The position numbers and the translations under genes were made by a program. From Diplonema japonicum (Eukaryota; Protista; Euglenozoa: Diplonemea): a stretch of DNA of 64,000 bases. Positions 33,441 to 43,574 of this stretch are shown one piece after another. Under the pieces are notes generated by a model. It worked only from the letters and a program-made list of their open reading frames with translations, made no database searches and had not been told where the DNA came from. Each line of letters begins with the position of its first letter. Within the stretch, counting starts at the first letter, position 1. The DNA is taken from the NCBI GenBank assembly GCA_964019335.1, contig OZ025706.1, positions 62,001-126,000 of the forward strand, given 5' to 3'.

Positions 33441-36400
33441 TTAGTCTTTATGTTCCCCGCCGTCCTGCGAGGGTGGGGGCGGGGGGTGGATTGGTATATT
33501 GTTCCTTTCGAATTCATCGGCTTGTTCGGTTTCTCCTTGAGATTGTCTGTCACCTTCGCCAGCACTGTCATGGATTTCAGGCATTGGGATATCGTCGAAG
33601 GTTTCATCAAGAACACGCGGCTGCTTGGACTTGAACAGCCTATAAATAGGCCTCAAGAAAATCCTCCAAATTATGCCCAAGAGGCACACCAACAGAATCC
33701 CAAGACACACACCAGCAATAATGGCTACGGCAGTGTACTCCTCAGCGTACTTCTGAGCTGTGTCCATCAAGGGTGCAGGGGTCGATTCAACAGGCGCCTC
33801 CATGCTTGTCGACAGAAGGATTCCAAATCCTACATCCACGCTCTTGGGGCTGGCCCCGTACACCCCGACGAACAGGTACTCACTCTGCATTTTAATCTCT
33901 ACAATGATCTGCTTCGTCTTTGTGTAGGGCTGCTTCATAACATGACTTTGTTTGACCTTGTCGGGCTGGCCCACTTGGTCGGGGCTGTCCCATATGAGCA
34001 CATCGAACATGCTTGACGGGTCCTCCCACTCTACAGTCAGGTACAGGTCGATGTCTTCTTGTTGATCCCACGAGTGTACCAAGAGGTCCCCTTCAAGGTG
34101 CGTCAGAAGCCTGTCTAGTTTCTTTCCCAACGGCAGTTCCTTCGCGGCCAATGAACAGTCCGCTCCGAAATGCTCCGCGTAGCACGTGCAGCCACCATAT
34201 GACCCACAGAACCCCGCCCCCGAGCACACCGTCGGGATCTTCGTCCCATTCGGTGCCGTCACCACGCCCATCGGGCAGACGGTGTCACAATGCACACCAC
34301 GTGCGTTCCCTTCGCACTGACAGCTTCCGTCAACGCACTGTCCTTTATTCGAGCACTGCTCACTGCTGAAGCATGCCGCTACTGACATGTGCCCCAGTTC
34401 GATATGTGCAGCATTCTCCTCAGAACTCGTCTGGAAGCACAGGTAGAACGCATCTTTTTTGCTCTCGGGCAGCGACACGCGCGGGTTGGCCAAAAGGAAA
34501 ATATGCATCCATTCTGTGCCACCTGGCTCCTTTTCCACCACGATGCCGCCCTTGCAGGGTTGCTCTGACACCCGTATCACAGCAGTCTTCGGCAGCTGCA
34601 AACCCTCAACCTTCAGCTTGGCATGCGTCTCAGCCGGGAACGCTCCCAGAGAGGAGCCACCATCGCTGATAATCGGTCTCGGGTATGCTTGTCCCCAGTA
34701 CTGCGATCCCGTGTCAATAGAAACGAGGTGGATACGGTCTACAACCGCAAGCGGCAGTAGACCTGGCTCTGCCTCGTACCAGAACCCTAAGTGCTGGAAG
34801 CACACTAGATACGAACCATCGCCGATGGTCACGAGACCCCCCTGCTCCTTGAATATGGTGATCATTGCATCGTCCATGTCCTTGCCAACGTACCCACACC
34901 TCGGTGCGGTAGTGAGGGCCATGGGTGCAAGAGGATTGTTGGGCATCCTGATGGAGAACGGGACAGTCGCCAGGAGCACGTCGGTGTTGTATTCGACAGC
35001 AGAGCTGAATGAAGTAGTGTTCCTTTCGAACGCGATGCCCACCTCCGGGTCTAAGACCACACCACCATAGTACACCCACATCATATGGATACCGGTGCTT
35101 TCTGGTGTCAGTTCGCATTTGATGACAGCACTGTCCGCCTCAACCACGTTGCAGGCGTAGCCCAGTTCGTCGTTGCCATACAGCACTACAGGGTCCTTCC
35201 CGTGCTTCCCGAACAGGTACAGGTAAGTGGCATCGATGCCCACCATGAGCATCCGAGAAGGTGTCCCGGTCTTCGTAAGACTCACGCCGTCTAAAGTAGG
35301 CAAGGGCATGATTGTGAAGGACAAAGGTACCTGGTCTACAGTGGTGGAGCCCACGTGCAAGATCACCTCGTACACAGCACCTTCTTCAGGCTTGAGGGAC
35401 TCCAAGGAAGGAAGTTGGAATTCAATGAGCTTGTCATTGAGGAGCTGGTTGGGGCACGACCCGATACGCTCCTTCTCCTGGTTAGGCATCGTCTTGAAGA
35501 CGAACACAGCCATGCGCTGCCCTTCGACACCGAGGTTCTGCCCGTGGATAAAGACTCTCCTCTCGCCGTTTTCGGAAACCACCGAGAATGGAAGGTCTAC
35601 TCGAGGGGCAGGATCCTCGTTGTACCCCTTGTAAGAGAGACCGGTGGTGGCAGCTTCGCCCATGATGCGAAGGGTGGCCATGGTGTCTGTCGTTTTCTGT
35701 GAGAATCCAAATCTTCGAACCTTGAAGTACAGCATCTCATCTATGATGGTGACGTTCAGCTCGCACCTGATGCGATCGTTCTCATAGTCGAACACCTCAC
35801 ACTCCCCGTCTTCAACTTCAGGGTACCGCCCCACCGTAACCTTGAGCCCGGGAGAAGGGACGTTCACGACTTCGGACATGCCGCAGATAACAAGGTTGCC
35901 GACGCAGACAGGCGGCTGCTGGTCGTAAAGGTTCCTCCCAAACAGCGTGACGGAGGGCAACGTGGAGTCGAAGGCTTCCGCGTAGGTGAGCTCCACTGAT
36001 GACTTCGCCACAGGGGGAACAGAGTTCGAGATGCCTGTGATGACAGTCACATCCTCGAACTGCAGCGTGGTGGACGTCTCTGCGATGGGCACACCGTCGA
36101 ACGTGATGTTCAGCTTGTAAATCCCTGCCCTCACGTGCGGGCTTGTCCTACAGTGCAGCATGTCGTCCGACACGTACTCCTGCACCGTGCACTCGTAGTG
36201 GCCGTAGTTCACTGTCGCCATAGGCTCATCCTGCCCATACCATCGCTCCCCGATGGATCGGCCTTCGATGTAAACGTCACCCGAGCCGTAGACAGTGAGG
36301 TAACGGTTGAAGTACACCGACGAGAAAGGCAGGCAGTTCTGCTCCGTACTGTCGCAGTATGACGAAAAGAGGCCCTGCACCCTGTGGTTGGACATTTGAG

Positions 36401-39400
36401 CCGTGGCAAACCGCACAACCTGCTTGGTTAACATGGGGTTCGGGCTGAAGGGTGTATAGATTTCGAGCTTGCTGATGACGTTGTAGCTCATGGACTGCGT
36501 CATGCAGATGATTTCCTTGTCCGAAGACTCCTCCACCGCAACGGTGCACTTCAAGCGGAGGTCCACCCCGTTTAGCTTTTTCTCGTAACCCACTGCAACG
36601 TCCTTTGGAGAGCCCAAGTTCGCTCCCTTGATGCTCAGCATGGTTCCAGTGCGCGTTAAGTCGTCGCTCACAACTACATCGCTGGTCCCGTCAGATCCGG
36701 AATTCCTCACACTCACGCTGTGGATGACAGGCTTGTTAGGGTCTACCTCCGTTACTTCTGTGATGGTCAGGTCGAGCACAGCCGCATGGCAACAACCCGC
36801 GTGCAATCCTATGAAGTACTCATCACCCGCCTTGTCATCGTTCACAGTCTCCTGCAGCATCTTCACATCTTCAGCCGCGCAGTCTGTGCACCTTTGGCTC
36901 ATGTCGTAGTGCGTGTCGTACTCCTTCATCGACGGCGGTGCGCCCTTTCTGATGAAAATATCAACATCACTGTACTTGTCGTACTGAGTTTGTCTTTCAA
37001 CAACGATCTTCAGGGCTTTTGTCCCTCCAGGCGACTTGTACTTGTAAAGCTTCTCCCCCCAAACGAGTAGTGACAAATTCTTCTCCACCTTTTCGCCTGT
37101 GAACTCTGAAACTTCGCAGAAGGAGCTGCCCACGCATGCTGGGAGCGCGTCACAACCGGTGCCTTCGATGCCGGAGGCCACGAGGGCGAACTTTTGCGTT
37201 GAGCTGGAGCCCATCGAGAAGCCCTTTACAACGATTTTGTACACTCCGGGCTGAGCGTCTTTGATGCTTACCTTCTCCACGTTGTTGAGGGCGTCGCGCT
37301 CGTGGTCAGCAGGCGAGCCGATGCCGTTCCCAAGATGCACGTGCCCGTCGGGTGTCATCACACGCAAGTCCAGATCATTGACAAGGGCCCACTTGCTGTT
37401 CGAACCTGCAGAAGCGTCCATCCACACCAGCGTGGCCCGGAACCCATACTTCGACACAGTTGCATAGTTAACGCAGAAGGAGAGCTCGTCACCCGTGCCT
37501 ACCTCACCCTCATTGATGAACAGTGGCACTGTCTTGTGCTGCGTTGACATGACAGCATCCAACGTCACCCTGCCGTGGCCTTGGTAGAAGGAAGGCGTGG
37601 TGTCGAGCTGCTCCCAATCCCCTTGTGCATTCCTGTCAACAAGACCCGTGAGAGGGACAGCGGATTGCACCAGCATTGCTTTGACAAGCACCCCAGACGG
37701 TTCCGGGTTGCTGGTCCCATGGCCACCCTTTTGGAGCCATTGCCTAATTTGCACAGCAACAGCAGCCACCATGGGGCACGCCATGGAGGTGCCCATCTCG
37801 GCCTCTAAGTCGCAGTTCTGCGTGTCGAGCATAGAGTCTGATCTTGCGCTGTGCACGTAGTACCCGACAGCCACAACGTCTGGCTTGAAGCGCAGGTCAC
37901 TTGTTGGCCCTCTAGAGCTGAACTCAGCAACGTTGTTCATGTTCTTATGCGGGCTGGGCTTCTGATCAATGACGATCGACGTAGTGATGGTCGGGTTCTT
38001 CTTCATGTCGGCCTTGAGCTGGTTCCCGCCTGAGAGGGAGATCATGTAGGCAGGTATCTTGAACTCGGACTTCTGTCCATCTTCGAGGCCCATCACAATG
38101 GGGTCGCCCGGGACGTGGTTCACGATGACGACACCCACTGCACCTGCATCTTGGAGCTCCTGTACCTTGACACCAAAGAAGCAGACCCCCCTGTTGACGA
38201 TGGCAAGTTTGCCTCTGATGGCAGCAGCGTTCGAGAGGTGACCTTCGCCCGGCTTGCCGCTAGAGGAGCAGCCGTTCTCAGGGTCCACCATCACAGGCAG
38301 CACGTTGGTGGGGAGCGTCGGGTGCTTGTCCCCAAAGTAGCCCTTCGTGACCAGGTACGAGAAGCCATTAAAGTCCAGCAGGAAATTATCAAGCCCCATC
38401 TCCTGCCAGGAAGCAAGGGGTGCCATCGACGCCCCAACGGAGACACAGTTCTTGGCAACGGACGGGGAGAGGATGGTGTACTTGTCGCACTTAGGGTTTG
38501 AGGGGGTCTTTTCACACGCTTTGTCAGCCTCGTTGCCGGCGGAAAAGAGGACCAGGTCTGTTGGGTAAGAGCGGCTAAAGGAATCAACATGCTGGGCATG
38601 TAAGCTGTATGTGCTCCTTCCGCCGCCCCACGAGTTGGAGTGCACATGTGCACCTGCGTCATGCGCGAACTTGAAAAGCTCCTTCTCAATGTTCGACGGG
38701 ACGGACACTGCTTCTGTTGAACCGTACTTCCCGGCGAGGTCGATGAAGGCGATCTTGGCCTTGGGGACAAACCCGTGGTACTCAGCCATGGCAGGGTCCT
38801 TGCTGGGGTTGAACATCTCGCCGGCCACTGTTCCGACCACATGGGTACCGTGCCCGCCACCGGTGTCCTTGTCGCTCATTCCCTCAATGGAGTTGTCGGC
38901 TGTTTTGTACGTGACGATCTTGCGGTGCGCAGGGTCTAACCTGTCGTAAGGAACGCTGCGTGAAGGGTCGTTGAAGAAGCAGTGGTCGGCGTCGATCCCA
39001 GTGTCAGCCACACCGACTACAGCACCCTCTCCATCCAGGTGAGCGTACGGCTCGGAAGCGGTCGCTGTACCAGTGGACAGAACAGGGCGGGAGTACTTGT
39101 TGAGGGGCTTGTACGTGATAGGGTGCTCAATGTACGCGACAGCACTCTCATGGATGTCCTCATGAAGTAGCGCAGACACGACACCTGACCAGTTTGTCGT
39201 GGTGTTGTGGTGTTTGAGATACAGCCTGTTTTCCTCCATCGTCACCTTCACGAAAGGGTCGTGTCGCGAGATGGCTTCTTCAACGTGATGCTTGTGCCTT
39301 CCTTCGGCATGGAGCGAAACAACAAGCTGGGATCTGTCATAACCAGGGCCAGTGTCCGACACGGAGTGGTGCTGTTTGAAGGATTTTACGAACCGTTGGG

Positions 39401-39752
39401 GGACGGTGGCCACGAAGGACACCCTTCGTAAGTTTGTTTGGATTTCTTTTGCGGTTATCTTTCTGACGTGGGCGATGTACGTATTGCGCGAGACGTGATT
39501 GACCCAGCCGCCTTCCGCGGAGACAATTTTCTCAAGCTCCTTAACTGTTTCGTGATGCACCGGGGCCTTTAGCTTCACTATGTACTCTCCGTTGTCTCTT
39601 CCGGCATCGATGCTGCCCATATCTTTCAAGTCTATTGTGTCTTCAACTAGTTCTATTACCTTTGGGTGGTCTACGTAACCTGTAACTCTGCCCTTTTCTA
39701 TCTTGGCCTGCCAGCCACATATCGCGGCCACAATCCATGCTGCGACGAGCAT
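33441..39752 (-). CDS. Type I membrane S8 subtilisin (KP-43/TagC-like) with PA, PPC-like, IPT/TIG-like and EGF domains
   Basis: Triad motifs VADTG, GHGTHV, GTSMACP; oxyanion SAGN; PA motif RGVCFFGVK; LVNDLDL; C-terminal EGFs, TM and acidic tail. 2103 aa, intronless. Confidence 0.93.
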   Translation of the reverse strand: MLVAAWIVAAICGWQAKIEKGRVTGYVDHPKVIELVEDTIDLKDMGSIDAGRDNGEYIVKLKAPVHHETVKELEKIVSAEGGWVNHVSRNTYIAHVRKITAKEIQTNLRRVSFVATVPQRFVKSFKQHHSVSDTGPGYDRSQLVVSLHAEGRHKHHVEEAISRHDPFVKVTMEENRLYLKHHNTTTNWSGVVSALLHEDIHESAVAYIEHPITYKPLNKYSRPVLSTGTATASEPYAHLDGEGAVVGVADTGIDADHCFFNDPSRSVPYDRLDPAHRKIVTYKTADNSIEGMSDKDTGGGHGTHVVGTVAGEMFNPSKDPAMAEYHGFVPKAKIAFIDLAGKYGSTEAVSVPSNIEKELFKFAHDAGAHVHSNSWGGGRSTYSLHAQHVDSFSRSYPTDLVLFSAGNEADKACEKTPSNPKCDKYTILSPSVAKNCVSVGASMAPLASWQEMGLDNFLLDFNGFSYLVTKGYFGDKHPTLPTNVLPVMVDPENGCSSSGKPGEGHLSNAAAIRGKLAIVNRGVCFFGVKVQELQDAGAVGVVIVNHVPGDPIVMGLEDGQKSEFKIPAYMISLSGGNQLKADMKKNPTITTSIVIDQKPSPHKNMNNVAEFSSRGPTSDLRFKPDVVAVGYYVHSARSDSMLDTQNCDLEAEMGTSMACPMVAAVAVQIRQWLQKGGHGTSNPEPSGVLVKAMLVQSAVPLTGLVDRNAQGDWEQLDTTPSFYQGHGRVTLDAVMSTQHKTVPLFINEGEVGTGDELSFCVNYATVSKYGFRATLVWMDASAGSNSKWALVNDLDLRVMTPDGHVHLGNGIGSPADHERDALNNVEKVSIKDAQPGVYKIVVKGFSMGSSSTQKFALVASGIEGTGCDALPACVGSSFCEVSEFTGEKVEKNLSLLVWGEKLYKYKSPGGTKALKIVVERQTQYDKYSDVDIFIRKGAPPSMKEYDTHYDMSQRCTDCAAEDVKMLQETVNDDKAGDEYFIGLHAGCCHAAVLDLTITEVTEVDPNKPVIHSVSVRNSGSDGTSDVVVSDDLTRTGTMLSIKGANLGSPKDVAVGYEKKLNGVDLRLKCTVAVEESSDKEIICMTQSMSYNVISKLEIYTPFSPNPMLTKQVVRFATAQMSNHRVQGLFSSYCDSTEQNCLPFSSVYFNRYLTVYGSGDVYIEGRSIGERWYGQDEPMATVNYGHYECTVQEYVSDDMLHCRTSPHVRAGIYKLNITFDGVPIAETSTTLQFEDVTVITGISNSVPPVAKSSVELTYAEAFDSTLPSVTLFGRNLYDQQPPVCVGNLVICGMSEVVNVPSPGLKVTVGRYPEVEDGECEVFDYENDRIRCELNVTIIDEMLYFKVRRFGFSQKTTDTMATLRIMGEAATTGLSYKGYNEDPAPRVDLPFSVVSENGERRVFIHGQNLGVEGQRMAVFVFKTMPNQEKERIGSCPNQLLNDKLIEFQLPSLESLKPEEGAVYEVILHVGSTTVDQVPLSFTIMPLPTLDGVSLTKTGTPSRMLMVGIDATYLYLFGKHGKDPVVLYGNDELGYACNVVEADSAVIKCELTPESTGIHMMWVYYGGVVLDPEVGIAFERNTTSFSSAVEYNTDVLLATVPFSIRMPNNPLAPMALTTAPRCGYVGKDMDDAMITIFKEQGGLVTIGDGSYLVCFQHLGFWYEAEPGLLPLAVVDRIHLVSIDTGSQYWGQAYPRPIISDGGSSLGAFPAETHAKLKVEGLQLPKTAVIRVSEQPCKGGIVVEKEPGGTEWMHIFLLANPRVSLPESKKDAFYLCFQTSSEENAAHIELGHMSVAACFSSEQCSNKGQCVDGSCQCEGNARGVHCDTVCPMGVVTAPNGTKIPTVCSGAGFCGSYGGCTCYAEHFGADCSLAAKELPLGKKLDRLLTHLEGDLLVHSWDQQEDIDLYLTVEWEDPSSMFDVLIWDSPDQVGQPDKVKQSHVMKQPYTKTKQIIVEIKMQSEYLFVGVYGASPKSVDVGFGILLSTSMEAPVESTPAPLMDTAQKYAEEYTAVAIIAGVCLGILLVCLLGIIWRIFLRPIYRLFKSKQPRVLDETFDDIPMPEIHDSAGEGDRQSQGETEQADEFERNNIPIHPPPPPSQDGGEHKD

Positions 39753-40168
39753 GGTTTTTTCTTTTTTTTTTTTTTTTTTTCCTTTCCTTCTCTCGTGTTA
39801 CTTTTTTTTTCTTTTTTTAAAAGTTTGAAAGAGAAAAAAAAAAAAGAAATATTGGGAAGAGGGAGTGGGCGGTGAATTTTTTTTTTTAAAGGCAGCTTTG
39901 GCCGCCTTAAGAGAGGGATAATAATAAAAAGAAAAAGAAAGGGGAGGAAGAAGAAAAAAGGGGGGGGGAAACAAGGGAGAAGGGGGGGGGGGGGGAGAAG
40001 AAATTTTCCGATGTATCCCCTAAATTTGGTGTCAAATAATAAACCTTAGGAAAACAAAGGGGAAGGGGGGTCTTTATAATTGCCAAATAGCTGTTGTGGT
40101 GTGCACAACGAAGTAGAATTGTAAAGGTGGGGGGGGGGAGGCCTTATACAGTTGCGGAGCATCTGAAG

Positions 40169-40272
40169 AACTAGTTTGGCGCTTCAGCTGTTTATGCGCA
40201 CGAGCGAAGTTCGACCTAATAAAATAGCTCATTACGCTGCCATCAACTAGTCAAGTAGTCTCGACAATAATA
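40169..40272. repeat. Dispersed ~100-bp repeat family A, copy 2
   Basis: Same-orientation match to 6608-6710. Confidence 0.9.
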
Positions 40273-41100
40273 ACTTTTAGAAAAAAAAAAAAGAAATCTG
40301 CTCTAGTATGCGTGGTGATGAATCGTCATTGCTGCCGTCCCCTCCCTTTTTTTTTTTTTTTTTTTACCTCCTTTAAAGTTTCTCTTGTCTCAAGAAACCG
40401 GTAAAACGGGAAAAAAAAAAAAAAAAAAAGAAAAGTTGTTTGCTTGTGTGATTACTGTAAAAACGACAAATTCCGGGAAAAAAAAAAAAGCACGAAAAAA
40501 GGGAAAACAAAATGCTTCGACTTTCTTCTTCTTCTTTTTTTTTTCTTTCCAAATTGTGGGAGCTGGGGGTCCTGCCGGAAGGATATTCCGGTTTTCTAAG
40601 GCAGTTGGAAGAAATGTCCGAAAGGAAGAAAACTTTGGCAACTGGAGGTTTTTATTTTTTTTTTTGTTTGTGTTTTTACAGTATTTTATTTGTTTTTTGA
40701 TTTGGTATAAAAAAAAAAAAAAAAGGAGAAAAGAAGAAAAAAAAAACCAGTACATAAAGTGTTCGCTGAAATAAAAAAGAAAGGACAAAAATAACCGCCC
40801 CTCCCCCTTTTTTTTTTTTGCCTTGTCAAAAGCACCTCAAAGAAAAAGAGAAAAAAAAAAAAAAAAAAAAAAGACTCGATTGTGCTTGAGCAAAAAAAGT
40901 CATTTTGAGGTGCACAACAAAAGCTGGGGCTGATAGTGATTTCTCTTCCTTCTTTCCAGGTGACAGAAGGTGTGTTCGAAAGAAAAAAAAAGGAAAAAAA
41001 AAAAAAAAGAGCAATAAAATTAGTGTGCAATATTGTTGGCTGTGCGAAGGGAGAGGAGAGACCCACCATGTCAATTACTGCGTTCGGGGGGGGAGGGATT

Positions 41101-42377
41101 AGCTATTTATTAAGTGAAAATAAGATAGCATTATTTCACGCGTGGTGGCAGGGGGTTTAACGAGTAGGGATCTTAGTTCACGAGCGAAGCGAGTGAAGTA
41201 AAAAGCTACGAGTTAAACCCGCCACCACAAGTGGAATAATGCTCTTATTTAACAAGAGCCGGGTTTGAAAGGGTGGGAGGTTACAGGGTTACAACAAGTG
41301 AAAAGTGGGATTTGGGTTACAGGGTGTGGGAGGTACAACGTCGCTAAATTTCAGTTTGTGCGACTCTTTTGTCCTTATCCCACTTGCAAACATGTAAGCT
41401 GCATATGCCTGACGCACTATGTTGTCGCTGAATTTCATTGCCAGATACTCTTTCATTTGTTCCTGACTAAACACCGAAGCTTTTTTTCACCATGGCCTTC
41501 TTCAAAAGAAGTGCATCCCTGGGAAAGTTCTGCATTTTCTTACCGAAGTTTCGTTGGATGATGGCGTTGATCTTGCTGCAACTTGCCCTGAACCTAGGTG
41601 GAATTAGGCCCAGGAGTGAAATAATGTTACATTATTTCACGCTCGAACATTATTTCACTTCTGGGCCTAATTTCAAGGTAAACTAGGAGTGAAAATAAAG
41701 CTGGGAGTGACATAAAGTAAAATCTTATTTTCACTCCCACCCTTGAAAACCCGGCTCGAGTTATATAAAATATTATAAAAAAAATCATTTGGTCCCTTGT
41801 GGCCAGACATTTTTTTCTTTTTTTTTTTATTTCACTCTTCGTCATTTTCTTCACTCACTAGGGGCCTCATTATTTAACGCGAAATGGCCATTATTTAACG
41901 CGAAATCGCCATTATTTAACTAGTTAAATAATGAGATTTTGCAGTTAAATAATGGCCCTTCAGAGTGGAAAAATGAGTCTCGCCGTGGAAAAAAATGCAC
42001 CCAACCCCTTGAAAAATTTTTTTTGGGGTGGGCGTATTTTGACTATTTTTGGCCATCTGAGGCCATTCCAGCCCTTAAAAGTGGGAATAAGTGCCTTACT
42101 TCCCCTTTAAATGCCACGGCGAAATAGCAACCCCATATTACCTTAGGAAACTCCCCAAAAAGGCTGACCTGCGTGAAAAAAAACAGCAGTGAAAGCAGTG
42201 AAGAGTGAGTGACTCAAATGACGAAGAGTGAAATAAAACGACTTACTTGCCGCCAAATGAGCCATTATTTAACTCTCGTTACCCGTTTTTTTGCACTCGG
42301 GCCCTGCGGGCCCTCGTGCAAAAAATTCGGGAACTCGAGTTAAATAATGACTCATAATTTGTTGGCAATAAATAGTT
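41101..42377 (-). mobile_element. Crypton-like tyrosine-recombinase element relic
   Basis: YR fragment KKASVFSQEQMKEYL...FASGIRTKESHKLKFSDV (G.R..E...L box); inverted ends CTATTTATT / AATAAATAG; many CATTATTT(C/A)AC sites; long terminal hairpin 42259-42353. Confidence 0.7.
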
Positions 42378-42489
42378 ATTTTTTTAAAAAGAAGTTACTA
42401 CATTTTGAAAAAATATGGCCCATTCTCTCTAATCCCCGTCGTTCTGCCCCCCTCTGTTCTACTTGACGAAACAACGTCGATTTTTTGCA

Positions 42490-42660
42490 CAAAAAATAGC
42501 AAGAGTGCTGACGACGCCCCCTTCATCTTCTACCTAACAAATAGCAAGAGTTAAAGGAGGCCGGTGTTGGCGGCGCCCTGCACAAGAATTGTCTACTTGA
42601 TTACAGGGGGTGCACCTCTGCCGAGATGTAGCCTTTCCATGTTATCCCCACCACTTAAAA
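42490..42660. repeat. Dispersed repeat family B (other copies ~368-525 and ~60690-60870; fragment ~33285-33313)
   Basis: AAGAGTTAAAGGAGGCCGGTGTT.GCGGCGCCCTGCACAA is shared with ~438-478; TGTCTACTTGATTACAGGGGG is shared with ~60727-60747. Confidence 0.85.
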
Positions 42661-43574
42661 GGAACTGAAAAAAGAAAAGAAAGCCACTCCATCTCAAAAT
42701 GTTTCGAAGGCGGGGACAGGTTGCCGAAAAGGGGGACCGGGGAAATAAAGGGGATCCAGTGTTTTCATGGGAAATAAAATGAGCATTCAAAAATCTTTTT
42801 AAAAGGGGGGGGGATTGGGGTGGTAAGCAACGGGCTGCATCAGGCGTATCTTTCCCCCCAAAACCCCTTTCCCTCCTTGTCGTAATGGTTTTTTTTTTTT
42901 ATTTTTCCCCCTTCTTTCTTCAGTCGTGCAAAAGGTGCTGACCAGTACTTTAACCAAGGACAACCCACGAATGACGAGGAGTTGTATTTCCTCCACTTTT
43001 TTTTTTTTTTCCCCCGTTCAATTTTTTAATATCACTTTTTTCTTTTCTTTTTTGTAAGAGTTTTTCTTGCACAAACGAACGGGGAGGGAAAGGGGGGGGG
43101 GGGGGGGGGGCTCTCAACCTGCCACGGCTTCAGTTTAACGTTGTTTCATTATTAACCCTTAGAGGTAATAACCTTTTTTTTTGGAGAAGGAGGGAGTAAA
43201 AGTAGGAAAAAGTAAAATACTTGCTGCAAAAAAAATCTGCTTTCTTTTTTTTCTTTTTCTTTTTTCTTTTTTTATTATATTTCAGGACAAGAAACTTTTC
43301 CCTTTCCTCGTGATCAGGAAGAAGAAATGCTAGCTGAGAGAGATTTTTTTTTTTTTTTTTTTTTTGCAACTTTCCAAAAAGTTAAAACCAGATATATTAA
43401 CATTTCTTTTTTTTTTTTCTTTTTCCTTCAAAAATGGTGGAGGGGGGAGGGGGACACGCAATGTAAGAAACAGAGGCACTCTTTGCAAGCACTACTTCCT
43501 CTTTCTATTTGCACCCCTCCCTTTTCTTTTTGCTACTTCATCAGGAATTTAAAAAAAAAAAAAAGAAAGTAAAA

